Shown: in pieces, positions 1 to 10,634 of the stretch
How positions within the stretch are numbered: the first letter of the stretch is position 1
Layout: every line of letters starts with the position of its first letter
NCBI RefSeq assembly: GCF_024502345.1
Contig: NZ_JALDNN010000001.1
Length of the DNA stretch: 64,000 nucleotides
Direction: 5' to 3' (one strand)
Origin: Escherichia coli
GTDB taxonomy: Bacteria > Pseudomonadota > Gammaproteobacteria > Enterobacterales > Enterobacteriaceae
Translations under genes and position numbers: made by a program
The notes under the pieces: model-generated
Told to the model about the DNA's origin: nothing
The model's input: only the letters and a program-made list of their open reading frames with translations
Database searches by the model: none

Positions 1-46
1 AATAAGTGTCCGGATCAGCGTGGAATCCGCACAAATCCTGCATCGG

Positions 47-487
47 TCAGCGTCCCACCTGTGCAGAGGCCCAGCGCACGATGTCCTGCGAGCCCATGGC
101 GCCTGCCTGGCGGGCGATCTCACGTCCGCCCTGGAACAGGGCGAGCGTCGGAATGCTGCGGATACCGAACTGCGCGGCCAGGTGGGGCTCAGCCTCGGTG
201 TTCACCTTTGCCAGCCTGATCCCGGGTTCGAGCTGGCGCGCGGCTTGTTGAAACTGCGGCGCCATCATCTTGCACGGCCCGCACCAGGGCGCCCAGAAAT
301 CGACCAGCAGCGGCAGATCGCTGCGCTCCACGTGGCGCGAGAACGTCGCCGTCGTCAACTCGATGGGCTCGCCGGTGAACAAGGGCTGCTGGCAGCGGCC
401 GCAGTTGGAACGATCCGCGAGCTTGGCGGCCGGCACGCTGTTGATGGACTGGCAATGTGGGCAGACGATGTGGAGTTCATTTTTCAT
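47..487 (-). CDS. trx: Thioredoxin (TrxC-like, N-terminal CxxC...CxxC zinc-finger extension)
   Basis: WCGPC active-site motif; N-terminal CPHC...CGRC pair; 146 aa. Confidence 0.85.
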   Translation of the reverse strand: MKNELHIVCPHCQSINSVPAAKLADRSNCGRCQQPLFTGEPIELTTATFSRHVERSDLPLLVDFWAPWCGPCKMMAPQFQQAARQLEPGIRLAKVNTEAEPHLAAQFGIRSIPTLALFQGGREIARQAGAMGSQDIVRWASAQVGR

Positions 488-1628
488 GGTTCGCTTGCTT
501 GGACTGCGGTGAGGTTGCCTCGCTTCGGATCACCGACATCGCCGACCAATTTACGCCTTTGATCCAATCGTTCCCGTCTTCGCTCACGCCGGCATCTTCC
601 ACGTGAGCCGCAATGAAGGCTTCGGCTTGAATGAGCCCCGCTCTGACAGCATCTATCTTATTAGGCATCCGCAGGATTTCAGCAGCGCAGCCTGCATCCA
701 GCCCATCCACCCGGATAAGCAGAAAAATGCGGCGCCACAAGTGCGGCATACCCTTCATCAGGTCGAATGCAAATGCGAATTCGCTCGATCTGTCACCAAT
801 TTCCTCCTGTTCGGCGATTGCTGCTGGGTCGGGAAGCCGACTATCAGCCATGACGTCGGCCAGGCTGAGTGCGTCATCAGGCTGATAAAACTCGTAGAAC
901 TCTTCCTCTACCATGGCCTCCGCCATGTCCTGCGCATCCGCTTCGACCGGCGCATCCAGCGAAACGGCCTCGCCATATTGCCGGCTGTTTGCCACTTCGC
1001 GATCAATGACGGCAAAAAGATGCTTCAAAAGATCGAGGTAAGCGGCATTTTCTTCTGGAACGGATGTCCATACCGATTCAGCCAGAGCAATCGCTTCGTC
1101 CACCACGTCGTGCAGCGTCGGATAATCGCGAGGCAAATCACCGGCGGCATGCAGATAAGCCAACTCGCGTTGCGCAACGGCCTCAACCTTCGGCAGCAGC
1201 GTCTCGATTATCCCGCGTGCTTGCTGGACGACAGAGGCAGGTTGAGTGTCGATCCGCGCCTTGAGCTCGCGCAAGCGTTCACGACGCGCCTTACGCTTGA
1301 TTTGATCCTGAGCGCTCAGCCGATCAAAGTGCTTCTTGGCCTGCCGGAACAACGCCTGCGCTAGCATGTGCGCGAGAGGCGTCAGATCGTTATGCGATGC
1401 AGTGACGCTGACGATTTTTTTGCCCGGCAAGTGCATGTGGCCACTGGCCGTTAAGCGAGATCCTTTTTTCGCGCGTTCGAGGACGATTTGAAGACGTACC
1501 GAATCTTCGGAGCGCTTTTCGATCAGCGGCTTGAGAGCGGGTTCAACCGCTTTTTCTACAGACATTCGCCAAGGTTCATGAAATTCTTTTTCGACGAGTC
1601 GATAGCTATATTGTATACGCATGCTCAA
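477..1628 (-). CDS. Hypothetical protein with N-terminal ribosome-hibernation-factor (HPF/RaiA)-like fold pattern and long acidic C-terminal extension
   Basis: 383-aa ORF; N-terminal about 100 aa follow the beta-alpha-beta-beta-beta-alpha pattern of HPF/YfiA by eye; acidic low-complexity middle region; no search run. Confidence 0.4.
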   Translation of the reverse strand: MSMRIQYSYRLVEKEFHEPWRMSVEKAVEPALKPLIEKRSEDSVRLQIVLERAKKGSRLTASGHMHLPGKKIVSVTASHNDLTPLAHMLAQALFRQAKKHFDRLSAQDQIKRKARRERLRELKARIDTQPASVVQQARGIIETLLPKVEAVAQRELAYLHAAGDLPRDYPTLHDVVDEAIALAESVWTSVPEENAAYLDLLKHLFAVIDREVANSRQYGEAVSLDAPVEADAQDMAEAMVEEEFYEFYQPDDALSLADVMADSRLPDPAAIAEQEEIGDRSSEFAFAFDLMKGMPHLWRRIFLLIRVDGLDAGCAAEILRMPNKIDAVRAGLIQAEAFIAAHVEDAGVSEDGNDWIKGVNWSAMSVIRSEATSPQSKQANHEK

Positions 1629-1720
1629 GTCCTTTAGGGTTGTCCGCCCAGGTGAGTGGACCCGGGTGATTGGATATGTTGATTTTCAAAGATGATCTTA
1701 CGGTTTGGTTTTTCACGCCC

Positions 1721-2332
1721 TTACCTCTGACGCGCTTTGCGCAAACGCCAACTAAGAAGCAAAAGAGTCATACCGAAGATCGCAGCATGGAAACCCAATA
1801 CCCAGCCCGCGGCCAGAAATGATTCGATCGGGCGGGTAAAAAACATCCATAGGATGATCGCACCGAGGAGCACGGAAAGCAGCCCGCTGAGGGCAAGCCA
1901 GATCTCGCCCTTGATTTCCCGGCGCAGACGAACGGCGGCGGATATCTCCAGCATACCGGTGAAAATTGCCCAGAATGCCACGCTTACCCACAAGAAATAG
2001 GCCAACGCCAAAGTGGCAGCCAGAGGGGCAACTACCACAACGACACCGGTGAGTATGCCGACGATGCCGCTGAACAACAGCCAGCCCCAGCGCTGCTTTT
2101 GCCGCATTTGCCGCACCGCTGCAACCAGGTTGAACGCACCATTGACCAAAGAAAATGCGCCGAACACTATCGTCATGGCGAACAAAGCCGAGTGTGGCAT
2201 CCAGAATGCGAGGACTGCAAAAATCAACGCGAATATGCCGCGCAGCGCAAACAACCACCAATTTTGGGTCAGTGAACACACGGCATCGGCAGGGTTATCC
2301 GCATTCGAATCGGCGATGGTATTTGCATTCAT
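1721..2332 (-). CDS. hdeD: HdeD-family (DUF308) inner-membrane acid-stress protein
   Basis: 203 aa, about six predicted hydrophobic helices, position between yfdX and trx as in LHR. Confidence 0.75.
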   Translation of the reverse strand: MNANTIADSNADNPADAVCSLTQNWWLFALRGIFALIFAVLAFWMPHSALFAMTIVFGAFSLVNGAFNLVAAVRQMRQKQRWGWLLFSGIVGILTGVVVVVAPLAATLALAYFLWVSVAFWAIFTGMLEISAAVRLRREIKGEIWLALSGLLSVLLGAIILWMFFTRPIESFLAAGWVLGFHAAIFGMTLLLLSWRLRKARQR

Positions 2333-2417
2333 GCGATATCTCCTTGATGGATCATGAGATCAGGAAAATCAAGCCTTCATCGCGAAGAGAGGGGCTATTC
2401 GCCCCTCTCTTGCGGTT

Positions 2418-3305
2418 TTAGAACAGCTTTGACAGTCTCGCCTTGATTTCATCGAGCCAGCCTTTTCCGCTCCCGCCTCCGGCCGTCTTTTCCTTGACTT
2501 TCTTGAGTTCAGAGTACAGGGGCTCAAAGTCCTTCTTTTTGCCATAGCCCAGCAGTTCTGCCATTTCCAACTGCTGCCGGGCTTCGTTTAACAAGTCCTG
2601 CAGGCGTTCACCGGACGCCTCGCTGCGCTGGCCATCTTCTGTCAAGGTCTCGGCGCGCTTGACGAGCAGTTTGGCGCGCAGGATGGGCAGCGGGATGACG
2701 CTGAGTGTCTCGACGAGCGTGCCGAGCGCCAACTGCAGCGCGGCCTTGGCCTCTTCGATCTTGCCCTGATCGATCAGCGGCACGACGGATTTCACGGCTG
2801 CCGGGTAAGTCGCCAGAGGGATGTTGGTGACCGCAATCACGATTTCGCTGGCCAGCAATGCCAACACGCGACGAGCGCGTTGCACCTCGCCATGTTTGAG
2901 GGCATCCAGCGCCTCGTCAGTCATCGCCTCAACGGTTTCCGTGTTGGCGAACAAGTCGTGCACGATGGTGCGCACATCAACGGGGGCCAGGGCGAGCGTG
3001 GGTTCGCGTGCAACGATCAGCTCCAGCTTTCCCGTCACTTCGGCCAGCGTTGCCAGTGCTCGCGCGGATTCTTTTTCGTCCAGGGCCGCCAGCGCTGATT
3101 TGGTCAGCGCCAAGGCCGAGACGGCCTCATCGAGGACTTGTTTACGTTTGTCTGCCGCTTGCGAGTCCGTTTCCTTCTGAACCTCAGGCTGTACCTCCGT
3201 GACGACTTCAGGCTTGGGCTCTGGTCTGGCAGGAAGGCTGCTTACCGCGGCCTGTTCGTTCGTGCCTTCGTTGATCGCGTTGGGATTCGATGTTTGCTCA
3301 TTCAT
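2418..3305 (-). CDS. YfdX-family protein (second copy)
   Basis: 295 aa; shares conserved blocks (LELIVAREP..LAPVDV, ASEIVIAVTNIPLATYPAA) with the adjacent paralog. Confidence 0.7.
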   Translation of the reverse strand: MNEQTSNPNAINEGTNEQAAVSSLPARPEPKPEVVTEVQPEVQKETDSQAADKRKQVLDEAVSALALTKSALAALDEKESARALATLAEVTGKLELIVAREPTLALAPVDVRTIVHDLFANTETVEAMTDEALDALKHGEVQRARRVLALLASEIVIAVTNIPLATYPAAVKSVVPLIDQGKIEEAKAALQLALGTLVETLSVIPLPILRAKLLVKRAETLTEDGQRSEASGERLQDLLNEARQQLEMAELLGYGKKKDFEPLYSELKKVKEKTAGGGSGKGWLDEIKARLSKLF

Positions 3306-3407
3306 GGTGATATGCCTCGTATGAGATAGTGAAAATAGGGGAATCTATTGGGGCCGACTGCGAATATCGCGAGACTGACCGATGGAGCAGTCGGCCCCTT
3401 CATCACC

Positions 3408-4337
3408 TCAAAACAGCTTTTGGATGCGCGTCTTCAACTCGTCGAACCATCCATTGCCGCTTTTGCCACCAGCCGACTTTTGCTCAATGGACTTCACCTG
3501 ATCGAAGATGGGTTTGAAGTCCTCCTTCTTGCCATAACCCAGGATTTGCGCCAGCTCGATCTCCGTGCGCACGGACGACAGCAAGGTGCTGAGCTCCTCG
3601 TTCTGCTTGGCATCGCGCTTGTCAGTCTCGGCCAGCTTTTCAGCTTTTGCCATCGCGGCTTCGGCCCGTAGCACGGGCAGAGGGAGTACAACTTGGGTGA
3701 CCACCAGCGTGTTCAGTGCTCGGGCGAGTTCCGCCTTGGCGTTGTCGATCTTGCCGCTGTCGATGAGCCGTGCGGCCGACTTGATCGCTGCCGGGTACGT
3801 TGCCATCGGCAGGTTGTCGGTTTCGATCACGATTTCGCTGGCAAGATTGGCAACAATGGGCCGTGCCTTTTGCACCTCGCCATCATCCAACAACTCCTGA
3901 GACAACTTGACCGCTTTCTTGACCGATTCCACGTCGGCGTGGATGTCATGGGTGATGACGCTTACATCGACGGGCGCCAAAGCAATTTTTGGCTCACGCG
4001 CCAATACCAGTTCCAGCTTTCCGCTGGCCAGTTCCAGCGCAGCGAGCGCCTCCTTGGTCTTCTTTGCATCAAGGAGGATCAATGCCTCATGGGTCTTGGC
4101 CAGCGCAGTGATTGCATCTTGGGCGAGTTCGGCGCGCTTCTTCGCGGCTTCCCGGGCGACCTTGTCATCTACCTGTGGCAGCGCCGCTTTGGATGCGGCA
4201 GAGGGTGCTGCAGCACCTGGGCTAGAACCTGCCGCCGATTGGGCCAGAGCCGGTCCGCTCAGTCCGACGACGACCGCCAGGGCAAGTGCGGAGAAGATGT
4301 ATTGTGGCTGTTTGATATTCATGATGTTGGACTCCAA
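3408..4337 (-). CDS. YfdX-family periplasmic protein (first copy), signal peptide
   Basis: 309 aa; N-terminal signal-peptide-like hydrophobic segment; paralog of 2418-3305. Confidence 0.7.
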   Translation of the reverse strand: MESNIMNIKQPQYIFSALALAVVVGLSGPALAQSAAGSSPGAAAPSAASKAALPQVDDKVAREAAKKRAELAQDAITALAKTHEALILLDAKKTKEALAALELASGKLELVLAREPKIALAPVDVSVITHDIHADVESVKKAVKLSQELLDDGEVQKARPIVANLASEIVIETDNLPMATYPAAIKSAARLIDSGKIDNAKAELARALNTLVVTQVVLPLPVLRAEAAMAKAEKLAETDKRDAKQNEELSTLLSSVRTEIELAQILGYGKKEDFKPIFDQVKSIEQKSAGGKSGNGWFDELKTRIQKLF

Positions 4338-4343
4338 TTGAAG

Positions 4344-4802
4344 TTAATTGACTGAAATTTCAATCTGTTTCGGTTTGGCTTGCTCGGCCTTGACAAGCCG
4401 CACTTCCAGCACGCCGTCTTTCATGGAAGCCGTCACCTTGGTCGGATCAACGTTGTCAGGCAAGACAAAGCTGCGCACAAAGCGGCCATACGCACGTTCG
4501 ATGCGGTGGAACTTCTTGCCCTGCTCCTCTTTTTCCAGTTTGCGCTCGCCGCTGATGGTGAGCACACCGTTTTCCGCGCTGACGCGCACGGCATCCTTGG
4601 GGACCTCCGGCAGATCCAGCTTGAGGAGGAATGCGTTCTCATCCTCGCTGATGTCCACCATTGGTGCCCAGTCCGCCGTGGTCATGGCTTCGTTGCCGGT
4701 ACGGGCGCCCTGTCGCTGGGGTGTCCGTCCCAACATCGTCGCCAGGCGGTTTTGCAATTCATCCAGTTCCCGGAAGGGGTCCCACGGAGTCAATGCAGAC
4801 AT
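4344..4802 (-). CDS. Small heat shock protein, Hsp20/alpha-crystallin family (sHsp-GI)
   Basis: Alpha-crystallin domain (ISEDENAFLLKLDLPEV...GVLTISGER...GVLEVRLVK); start taken at internal Met (track ORF extends to 4865). Confidence 0.8.
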   Translation of the reverse strand: MSALTPWDPFRELDELQNRLATMLGRTPQRQGARTGNEAMTTADWAPMVDISEDENAFLLKLDLPEVPKDAVRVSAENGVLTISGERKLEKEEQGKKFHRIERAYGRFVRSFVLPDNVDPTKVTASMKDGVLEVRLVKAEQAKPKQIEISVN

Positions 4803-4896
4803 ATCGGTTCTCCTTGAACAATGCCGGTGAATTGGATGACGCACCGAACAGAGCCGCCGGCTCACTCTGAATAGCGCCTATTACTTTTCGTTTCTA

Positions 4897-6231
4897 TCAA
4901 GAACAGGCCATGAGCAAGAATAGTCCATGAAGCAATAGCGCATGTCCCATCTCGTGATAGGCCACGGTTTCCCGCTCCTTCGGATTGAGCACACGGTTCT
5001 TCCTTTCCAGGCCGGCCACGATGCGCTCGATGGCGGCGGTGAAGTCTTGCAGCTCCACAGCCTGCGCCTTGCGCCGCGTCGCGTTCAGCGCTGCTTCGTT
5101 CACGAGATTGGCCAGATCAGCGCCGGAAAAGCCGGTGGTCAACGCCGCCACCTGTTCCAGATCTACACCGTGGGCCAGGGTGATCTTCTTGACATGGACC
5201 TTCAGGATATCCAGGCGACCTTTCTTGTCGGGACGGTCCACCAGCACCTGACGGTCGAAGCGACCGGCACGAAGCAAGGCCTGATCGAGGATTTCGGGGC
5301 GGTTGGTGGCGGCGAGGATGATCAGCCCGACCGAGCTGTCGAAGCCATCCATTTCGGTGAGCAACTGGTTCAGCGTCTGCTCACGCTCGTCGTGTCCGCC
5401 GGTCGGTCCTCCGACACCGCGTGCGCGGCCCAAAGCATCCAGCTCATCAATGAAGATGATCGCCGGCGCCTGCCCGCGCGCCTGCTCGAACAGGTCGCGC
5501 ACGCGCGCCGCACCCACGCCGACGAACATCTCGACGAACTCCGAGCCTGAGATGGAAAAGAACGGTACCCCGGCCTCGCCCGCCACGGCCTTGGCCAGCA
5601 GGGTCTTGCCCGTGCCCGGCGGGCCAACCAGCAACACACCTTTCGGGATGCGCGCGCCGAGGCGGCCGTAATCCTGCGGGTTCTTCAGGAAGTCGACGAT
5701 TTCGACCAGCTCGGCCTTGGCCTCATCGACACCCGCGACATCGGCAAAGGTGACGCCGGTGTTCTTCTCCATGAACACCTTGGCGCGGCTCTTGCCGATG
5801 CTCAGGAAGCCGCCCATGCCCTGCTTCTCGGCGAAGCGGCGGAACAGGAAGAACCAGACGCCGAAGAAGGCCACCGCCGGCAGAATCCAGGAGAGCACAT
5901 CACGTAGCCAGGTGCTTTCCACCACCCGCGCGTAGGGCACCTCGTACTTGGACAGCCGCTCGGCCAGGTCGGGTTCGACGCGAGTGGCCACGATGGTGGT
6001 CTTGCCCCGGCTGTCCGGCGATTTCAGGCGCCCGGTGACCGTGCGGTCCGACACCAGCACTTCGGCGACGCGCCCCTCGGCCAGCGCCTTCTCGAATTCG
6101 CTGTAGGGCACGGGCTCGACGGTCTTGGCCGCCTGCCAGTAGTTCTGCAGCGTCAGCAGCAACAGGCCGGCGACGATCCAGTAGCCAATGTTCCATTGAT
6201 CTTTCTTTTCCATGGGCAATGTTCCTCGCAA
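4897..6231 (-). CDS. FtsH-like AAA+ protein, C-terminally truncated (ends at the HEMGH zinc-binding motif; M41 peptidase domain absent)
   Basis: N-terminal TM segment plus AAA module (GPPGTGKT Walker A, DELD Walker B); ORF stops 12 codons after HEMGHA; only 31 bp to next gene; downstream bases AT-richer. Confidence 0.75.
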   Translation of the reverse strand: MRGTLPMEKKDQWNIGYWIVAGLLLLTLQNYWQAAKTVEPVPYSEFEKALAEGRVAEVLVSDRTVTGRLKSPDSRGKTTIVATRVEPDLAERLSKYEVPYARVVESTWLRDVLSWILPAVAFFGVWFFLFRRFAEKQGMGGFLSIGKSRAKVFMEKNTGVTFADVAGVDEAKAELVEIVDFLKNPQDYGRLGARIPKGVLLVGPPGTGKTLLAKAVAGEAGVPFFSISGSEFVEMFVGVGAARVRDLFEQARGQAPAIIFIDELDALGRARGVGGPTGGHDEREQTLNQLLTEMDGFDSSVGLIILAATNRPEILDQALLRAGRFDRQVLVDRPDKKGRLDILKVHVKKITLAHGVDLEQVAALTTGFSGADLANLVNEAALNATRRKAQAVELQDFTAAIERIVAGLERKNRVLNPKERETVAYHEMGHALLLHGLFLLMACS

Positions 6232-6240
6232 GTCGTGCCG

Positions 6241-7701
6241 CTAGAGAATGGGGGTGAACAGACGGGCCACCCCGTCGCGCAAGCGCATGGCCAGCGGGTG
6301 GGCGCGCAACGCCTTCGCCGATATCTCGCCCGACACATCACGAGCGGCATCAAAAAGGGATGACAGCCGCGTAGACAACGCGGTGTCGTACACCTCCACA
6401 TTGAACTCGAAGTTGAGGCGCAAACTGCGCGCATCCCAATTGGCCGAACCCAGGCAGCACCACGCTCCGTCTACCAGCATCAGCTTGCTGTGGTCGAACG
6501 GGCCAGGCCGTTCGAAGATGCGCACACCGTGCTCCAGCACCTGCCAGTAGTGGGCGCGCGCGGCCCATTGCACCGTGGGATGGTCGCCGTTTGCGGGCGT
6601 CAGCACGTCGATACGCACGCCGCGCAACGCGGCCGTGCTCAGCGCCGCGATCATCGGCTGATCGGGGACGAAGTAAGGTGTCCAGATGCGCACCGAATGC
6701 TTCGCCGCGCTCAAAGCGCCCATGAAGGTCCAGCGCATCCGGTCCAGGGCCTCGTCGGGACCGGCCTCGATGCCGCGCGCCCAACTGGTTCCCGGCTCAT
6801 CAGCCGTTACGGGCGGTTCGCCCCAGAAACCCTCGTTGAGCCGCTCGCCCGTGGTATCGCACCAATCATCGGTGAAGCTCCGCATCAGATGCTCCACCAC
6901 CGGCCCGCGCAGACGAAAGTGCAAATCGTGACAGGCCTGGTCCGGCGCATCGGGCCGCCAGTACGGGCTGAAGATGTTCAATCCGCCGGTGAAACCCGTC
7001 TCGCCATCGATCACCAGCAGCTTGCGGTGATTCCGCAGATGCGCGGCATGCAGGCGCGCGGGAATCAATGTCGGGTTGAACGTCGCCGCCGGAACGCCGG
7101 CGCGCTGCAAGGCGCGGTAGGCGCTGCGGGGCGTCCAGCGGGCATACACGTCGTCGATCAGCACCCGCACTTGCACGCCGCGCTCATGAGCCCGGCGCAG
7201 CGCATCGACGAACTGCGCCCCGATGCCTTGGCTGTCGAAGATGTACGAGGTCAAGGCGACGCTGTACCGCGCCGATTCGATGGCGGCGAGCATGGCCGGG
7301 TAGGCCTGCTCGCCATCGACAAGCGGCTCGATGCGGTTGCCGCCGGTCAGCGACTGGCCGGTGGCGCGTCCCACCAGGTGGGCCAGACCGGCAAGTGGCG
7401 GCGATACAGCCTCGGGTATCGTGGGCGAGAGATCCTGCCGAACAGCAGGATCTGCCCCCGGGAAGAGCCGCCGCGCCCGCCGCTGGTAACGGTTGATGCC
7501 GAACAGCCCATACAGCAGCGAACCGCCCAGCGGCAGCAAGGCGATCAGCAGTACCCACAGCGTGGCCGATCGAGGGTCACGCTTGTAGATGACCGCATGC
7601 CCCGCTGTGGGGATAGCGACCGCCAGCGACACGAGGGTGGCTGCCCATGTCAGCCCATTGGGGTCGGACACGACAGCCTCCCATCGCTCAAGATTCGCCA
7701 T
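6241..7701 (-). CDS. cls: Cardiolipin synthase-like phospholipase D family protein
   Basis: Two HxKxxxxD motifs (HRKLLVID, HSKLMLVD); N-terminal membrane helices; about 487 aa from internal Met (track ORF 6241..7884 overlaps clpK). Confidence 0.8.
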   Translation of the reverse strand: MANLERWEAVVSDPNGLTWAATLVSLAVAIPTAGHAVIYKRDPRSATLWVLLIALLPLGGSLLYGLFGINRYQRRARRLFPGADPAVRQDLSPTIPEAVSPPLAGLAHLVGRATGQSLTGGNRIEPLVDGEQAYPAMLAAIESARYSVALTSYIFDSQGIGAQFVDALRRAHERGVQVRVLIDDVYARWTPRSAYRALQRAGVPAATFNPTLIPARLHAAHLRNHRKLLVIDGETGFTGGLNIFSPYWRPDAPDQACHDLHFRLRGPVVEHLMRSFTDDWCDTTGERLNEGFWGEPPVTADEPGTSWARGIEAGPDEALDRMRWTFMGALSAAKHSVRIWTPYFVPDQPMIAALSTAALRGVRIDVLTPANGDHPTVQWAARAHYWQVLEHGVRIFERPGPFDHSKLMLVDGAWCCLGSANWDARSLRLNFEFNVEVYDTALSTRLSSLFDAARDVSGEISAKALRAHPLAMRLRDGVARLFTPIL

Positions 7702-10537
7702 CCGCTGACTTCTTCTTGCGCGCAGGCTTGCTCGCGTCGCCAGGCGGTGCCTCGGCCACGTCCGCGGCATCGGGCTTTTCAGGCTCAGCCGACTTCGCGG
7801 GTGGCTCCTGGCGCTCGAAGACCACCCGTTCGGCCTTGTCGTCCCAGCGGGCGTTGGCGTGATCACCCTTGCCGATACCGCCACCCAGCATCTCGCGCGC
7901 CAGCGCGGTTTCCAGCTCGCTGCGGATCAGCCGCTTGAGCTCACGCGCGCCGAACTCGGGCTTGTAGCCTTCCTCCGCGAAGTGGTCGATCAAGGTCTGA
8001 TCGAAGGTCAGCGTCACGCCCTGGCTGGCGGCGTTGCGGGCCACACGATCAAGCTGCAGGCCGACGATATGGCGGATTTCCTCCTTGCCCAGCGCATGGA
8101 AGACGATGATCTCGTCGATGCGGTTGATGAACTCGGGGCGGAAGTGTCCGCGCAGCACGTCCATCACCTCGGACTTGGTCTTCTCGTATTCCTCGCCGGC
8201 GGCGCCACCGGCCTTCAGCCGACGCTGGATGATGTCCGAGCCCAGGTTCGAGGTGGCGATGATGATGGTATTGGTGAAATCCACCACCCGGCCCTTGCCG
8301 TCGGTGAGCCGCCCGTCGTCGAACACCTGCAGCAGGATGTTGTAGACGTCGGGGTGCGCTTTTTCGATCTCATCGAGCAGCAACACGCTGTAGGGCTTGC
8401 GACGCACCTTCTCGGTGAGCTGGCCGCCCTCGTCATAGCCCACATAACCCGGAGGCGCGCCCACCAGGCGTGCCACGGCATGGCGTTCCCCGTACTCGGA
8501 CATGTCGATGCGCAGCAGCGCACCTTCATCGCCATAGATGGACTCGGCCAGCGCCTTGGCGAGCTCGGTCTTGCCCACGCCGGTCGGCCCAAGGAACAGG
8601 AAAGTCGCCACCGGCTTGTCGCCTTCGCGCAGGCCCGCGCGCGACAACCGCACGGCATCGGCCACCGCGCGCACCGCTTCGTCCTGGCCCACCAGGCGCT
8701 CATGCAGCCGCTGCTCCAGATGCAGCAGCTTCTCGCGTTCTTCCACCGTCAGCTCGTTGACCGGAATGCCGGTCAGGCGCGAGACGATCTGCGCGACATG
8801 CTCGGCCTTGACTTCGGCGCTGCCCGAGGCGCGCTCGCGTTCCCATTCCTCGACGAGCTGCTTGAGTTCAGTCTCCTTGGCCTCGATGCGCTTGCCCAGC
8901 TCGGCGGCCTTGTCGTACTGCTTGCGCGAGGCCATGTAGTCCTGCTCACGCCGCAACTGGTGCAGTTCGGACTCCAGCTCCTGCACCGCCACCGGGCGAG
9001 CCGTGGCCGACAGCTTCACGCGTGCGGCCGCCTGGTCAAGCAGGTCGATGGCCTTGTCAGGCAAAAAGCGCGCGGTGATGTAGCGGTCCGACAACTCGGC
9101 GGCGGCGATGATCGCATCCTCGGTGATGCTGACCTTGTGGTGCGCCTCGAAGGTGTCGCGCAGGCCGCGCAGGATCATCATGGTCTGCGCTACCGTCGGC
9201 TCGGGCACCATCACCGGCTGGAAACGACGCTCCAGCGCGGCGTCCTTCTCGATGTACTTCTGATACTCGTTGAGCGTGGTGGCGCCGATCAGGTTCAGTT
9301 CGCCGCGCGCCATCATCGGCTTGAACACGTTGGCCACGTCCAGCCCGCCTTCGCCGCCACCCTGGCCTGCACCGACGATGGTGTGCACTTCATCGATGAA
9401 GAGAATCATCTCGCCCTGGTGCTCGGTCACTTCCTTGAGCACCTTCTGCACGCGCTCCTCGAACTCGCCGCGATACTTGGCGCCTGCCACCATGGCGTTG
9501 ATGTTGAGCTCGACCAGACGCTTGTCGCGCAGCGTCTCGGGCACTTCACCGGCGACCATGCGCTGCGCCAGCCCTTCGACAATGGCGGTCTTGCCGACGC
9601 CGGGCTCACCGATCAACACCGGGTTGTTTTTCTTGCGCCGGGCCAGCACCTCGATGGTGGTCTCGATCTCCTGCGCACGGCCGATGACTGGATCGAGTTT
9701 GCCCTCGCGCGCCATCTTGGTGAGGTCGCGCGAGTATTTATCCAGCTCGGGCGTGTTGGTCGGCGTCTCGGCGCGGCCATCCTCGGCCCCTTTGCCGACC
9801 ACCTTGCTTACCTGCTGGCGCAGCGCTTGCGGCGTGAGGCCGTAACGGCGCAGCAGGTTGGCCGCCAAACCTTCGCCTTCCTCAGCGAGCCCGATCAGGA
9901 AATGCTCCGGCCCGACATAAGAGTGGCCGAGTTCGTTGGAGGCCACGAAAGCGCGGCTGAGCGCGTCCTTGACCCGGGGCGACACGCCGACTTCGCCCTC
10001 GAACGGCTTCTCGCCGCGCTTGGCTTCGGATTCGATCTGTCGCTTGAGGTCATCGACCTTGATCTTGAACTGTCCCAGGATGGTCTTCACCACGTCGCTG
10101 TCGGATAGCGCCAGCAGCAGGTGTTCGGTATCGACTTCGGCGCGCCCGAACTCTGCAGCGTGTCGGGCGGCCTCCTGCAATAGGGCCTCGGACTGTTCGC
10201 TGATACGGCTGGCGAGCCCACTGCCGCGACGGCGCGCAGTGCCCGTACCGGCCGGGGCGGGTTCGCCGAACGAGGCATCGACCACCTCGTCGGTATCGGC
10301 CGCCATGGACGGCGAATCGTCACCGATGCGGAAGAAGTCGCTGCCGAGGAAGTCTTCGAACAAGCCGCTGCGCGAGCCAAACAAGGCTTCCAGCGGCGAG
10401 ACGGTGCGCTTTTGCTGGCGCGCCAGTTGGCGATAGTGATCGTCACACAACAGCATGGTGCTGTGGCGACCATTGAGATTGGCTTCCACCCGCACCGTGG
10501 CGGGCTGGCCGCAGACCTGGCATTGTTTTCTGGCCAT
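7688..10537 (-). CDS. clpK: ClpK/ClpG-type Clp AAA+ disaggregase with N-terminal zinc-ribbon-like extension
   Basis: Two AAA modules (GEPGVGKT and GPTGVGKT Walker A), Clp-N region, CQVCGQ...CDDHY N-terminus; AAGGAG RBS 7 nt upstream of chosen ATG; about 949 aa. Confidence 0.9.
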   Translation of the reverse strand: MARKQCQVCGQPATVRVEANLNGRHSTMLLCDDHYRQLARQQKRTVSPLEALFGSRSGLFEDFLGSDFFRIGDDSPSMAADTDEVVDASFGEPAPAGTGTARRRGSGLASRISEQSEALLQEAARHAAEFGRAEVDTEHLLLALSDSDVVKTILGQFKIKVDDLKRQIESEAKRGEKPFEGEVGVSPRVKDALSRAFVASNELGHSYVGPEHFLIGLAEEGEGLAANLLRRYGLTPQALRQQVSKVVGKGAEDGRAETPTNTPELDKYSRDLTKMAREGKLDPVIGRAQEIETTIEVLARRKKNNPVLIGEPGVGKTAIVEGLAQRMVAGEVPETLRDKRLVELNINAMVAGAKYRGEFEERVQKVLKEVTEHQGEMILFIDEVHTIVGAGQGGGEGGLDVANVFKPMMARGELNLIGATTLNEYQKYIEKDAALERRFQPVMVPEPTVAQTMMILRGLRDTFEAHHKVSITEDAIIAAAELSDRYITARFLPDKAIDLLDQAAARVKLSATARPVAVQELESELHQLRREQDYMASRKQYDKAAELGKRIEAKETELKQLVEEWERERASGSAEVKAEHVAQIVSRLTGIPVNELTVEEREKLLHLEQRLHERLVGQDEAVRAVADAVRLSRAGLREGDKPVATFLFLGPTGVGKTELAKALAESIYGDEGALLRIDMSEYGERHAVARLVGAPPGYVGYDEGGQLTEKVRRKPYSVLLLDEIEKAHPDVYNILLQVFDDGRLTDGKGRVVDFTNTIIIATSNLGSDIIQRRLKAGGAAGEEYEKTKSEVMDVLRGHFRPEFINRIDEIIVFHALGKEEIRHIVGLQLDRVARNAASQGVTLTFDQTLIDHFAEEGYKPEFGARELKRLIRSELETALAREMLGGGIGKGDHANARWDDKAERVVFERQEPPAKSAEPEKPDAADVAEAPPGDASKPARKKKSADGES

Positions 10538-10634
10538 GCTCATGCTCCTTGAGAGGACTGATTTGACGAGGCGCCGAAGGTCACGGCGCCTCGCCATTCA
10601 CTTGGTTTTTCTGTAGAGAACAAGCCGATCGGCG

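Noticed and set aside
7859-10108. 749-aa plus-strand ORF antisense to clpK, and similar long antisense ORFs in the GC-rich region (20..562, 603..1364, 3693..4355, 4942..5550, 6490..7938, 16197..17483)
   Set aside because: High-GC DNA gives long stop-free antisense frames; the translations are low-complexity (R/A/G/H/L-rich) with no motifs, while the sense strand encodes clearly recognisable domains.
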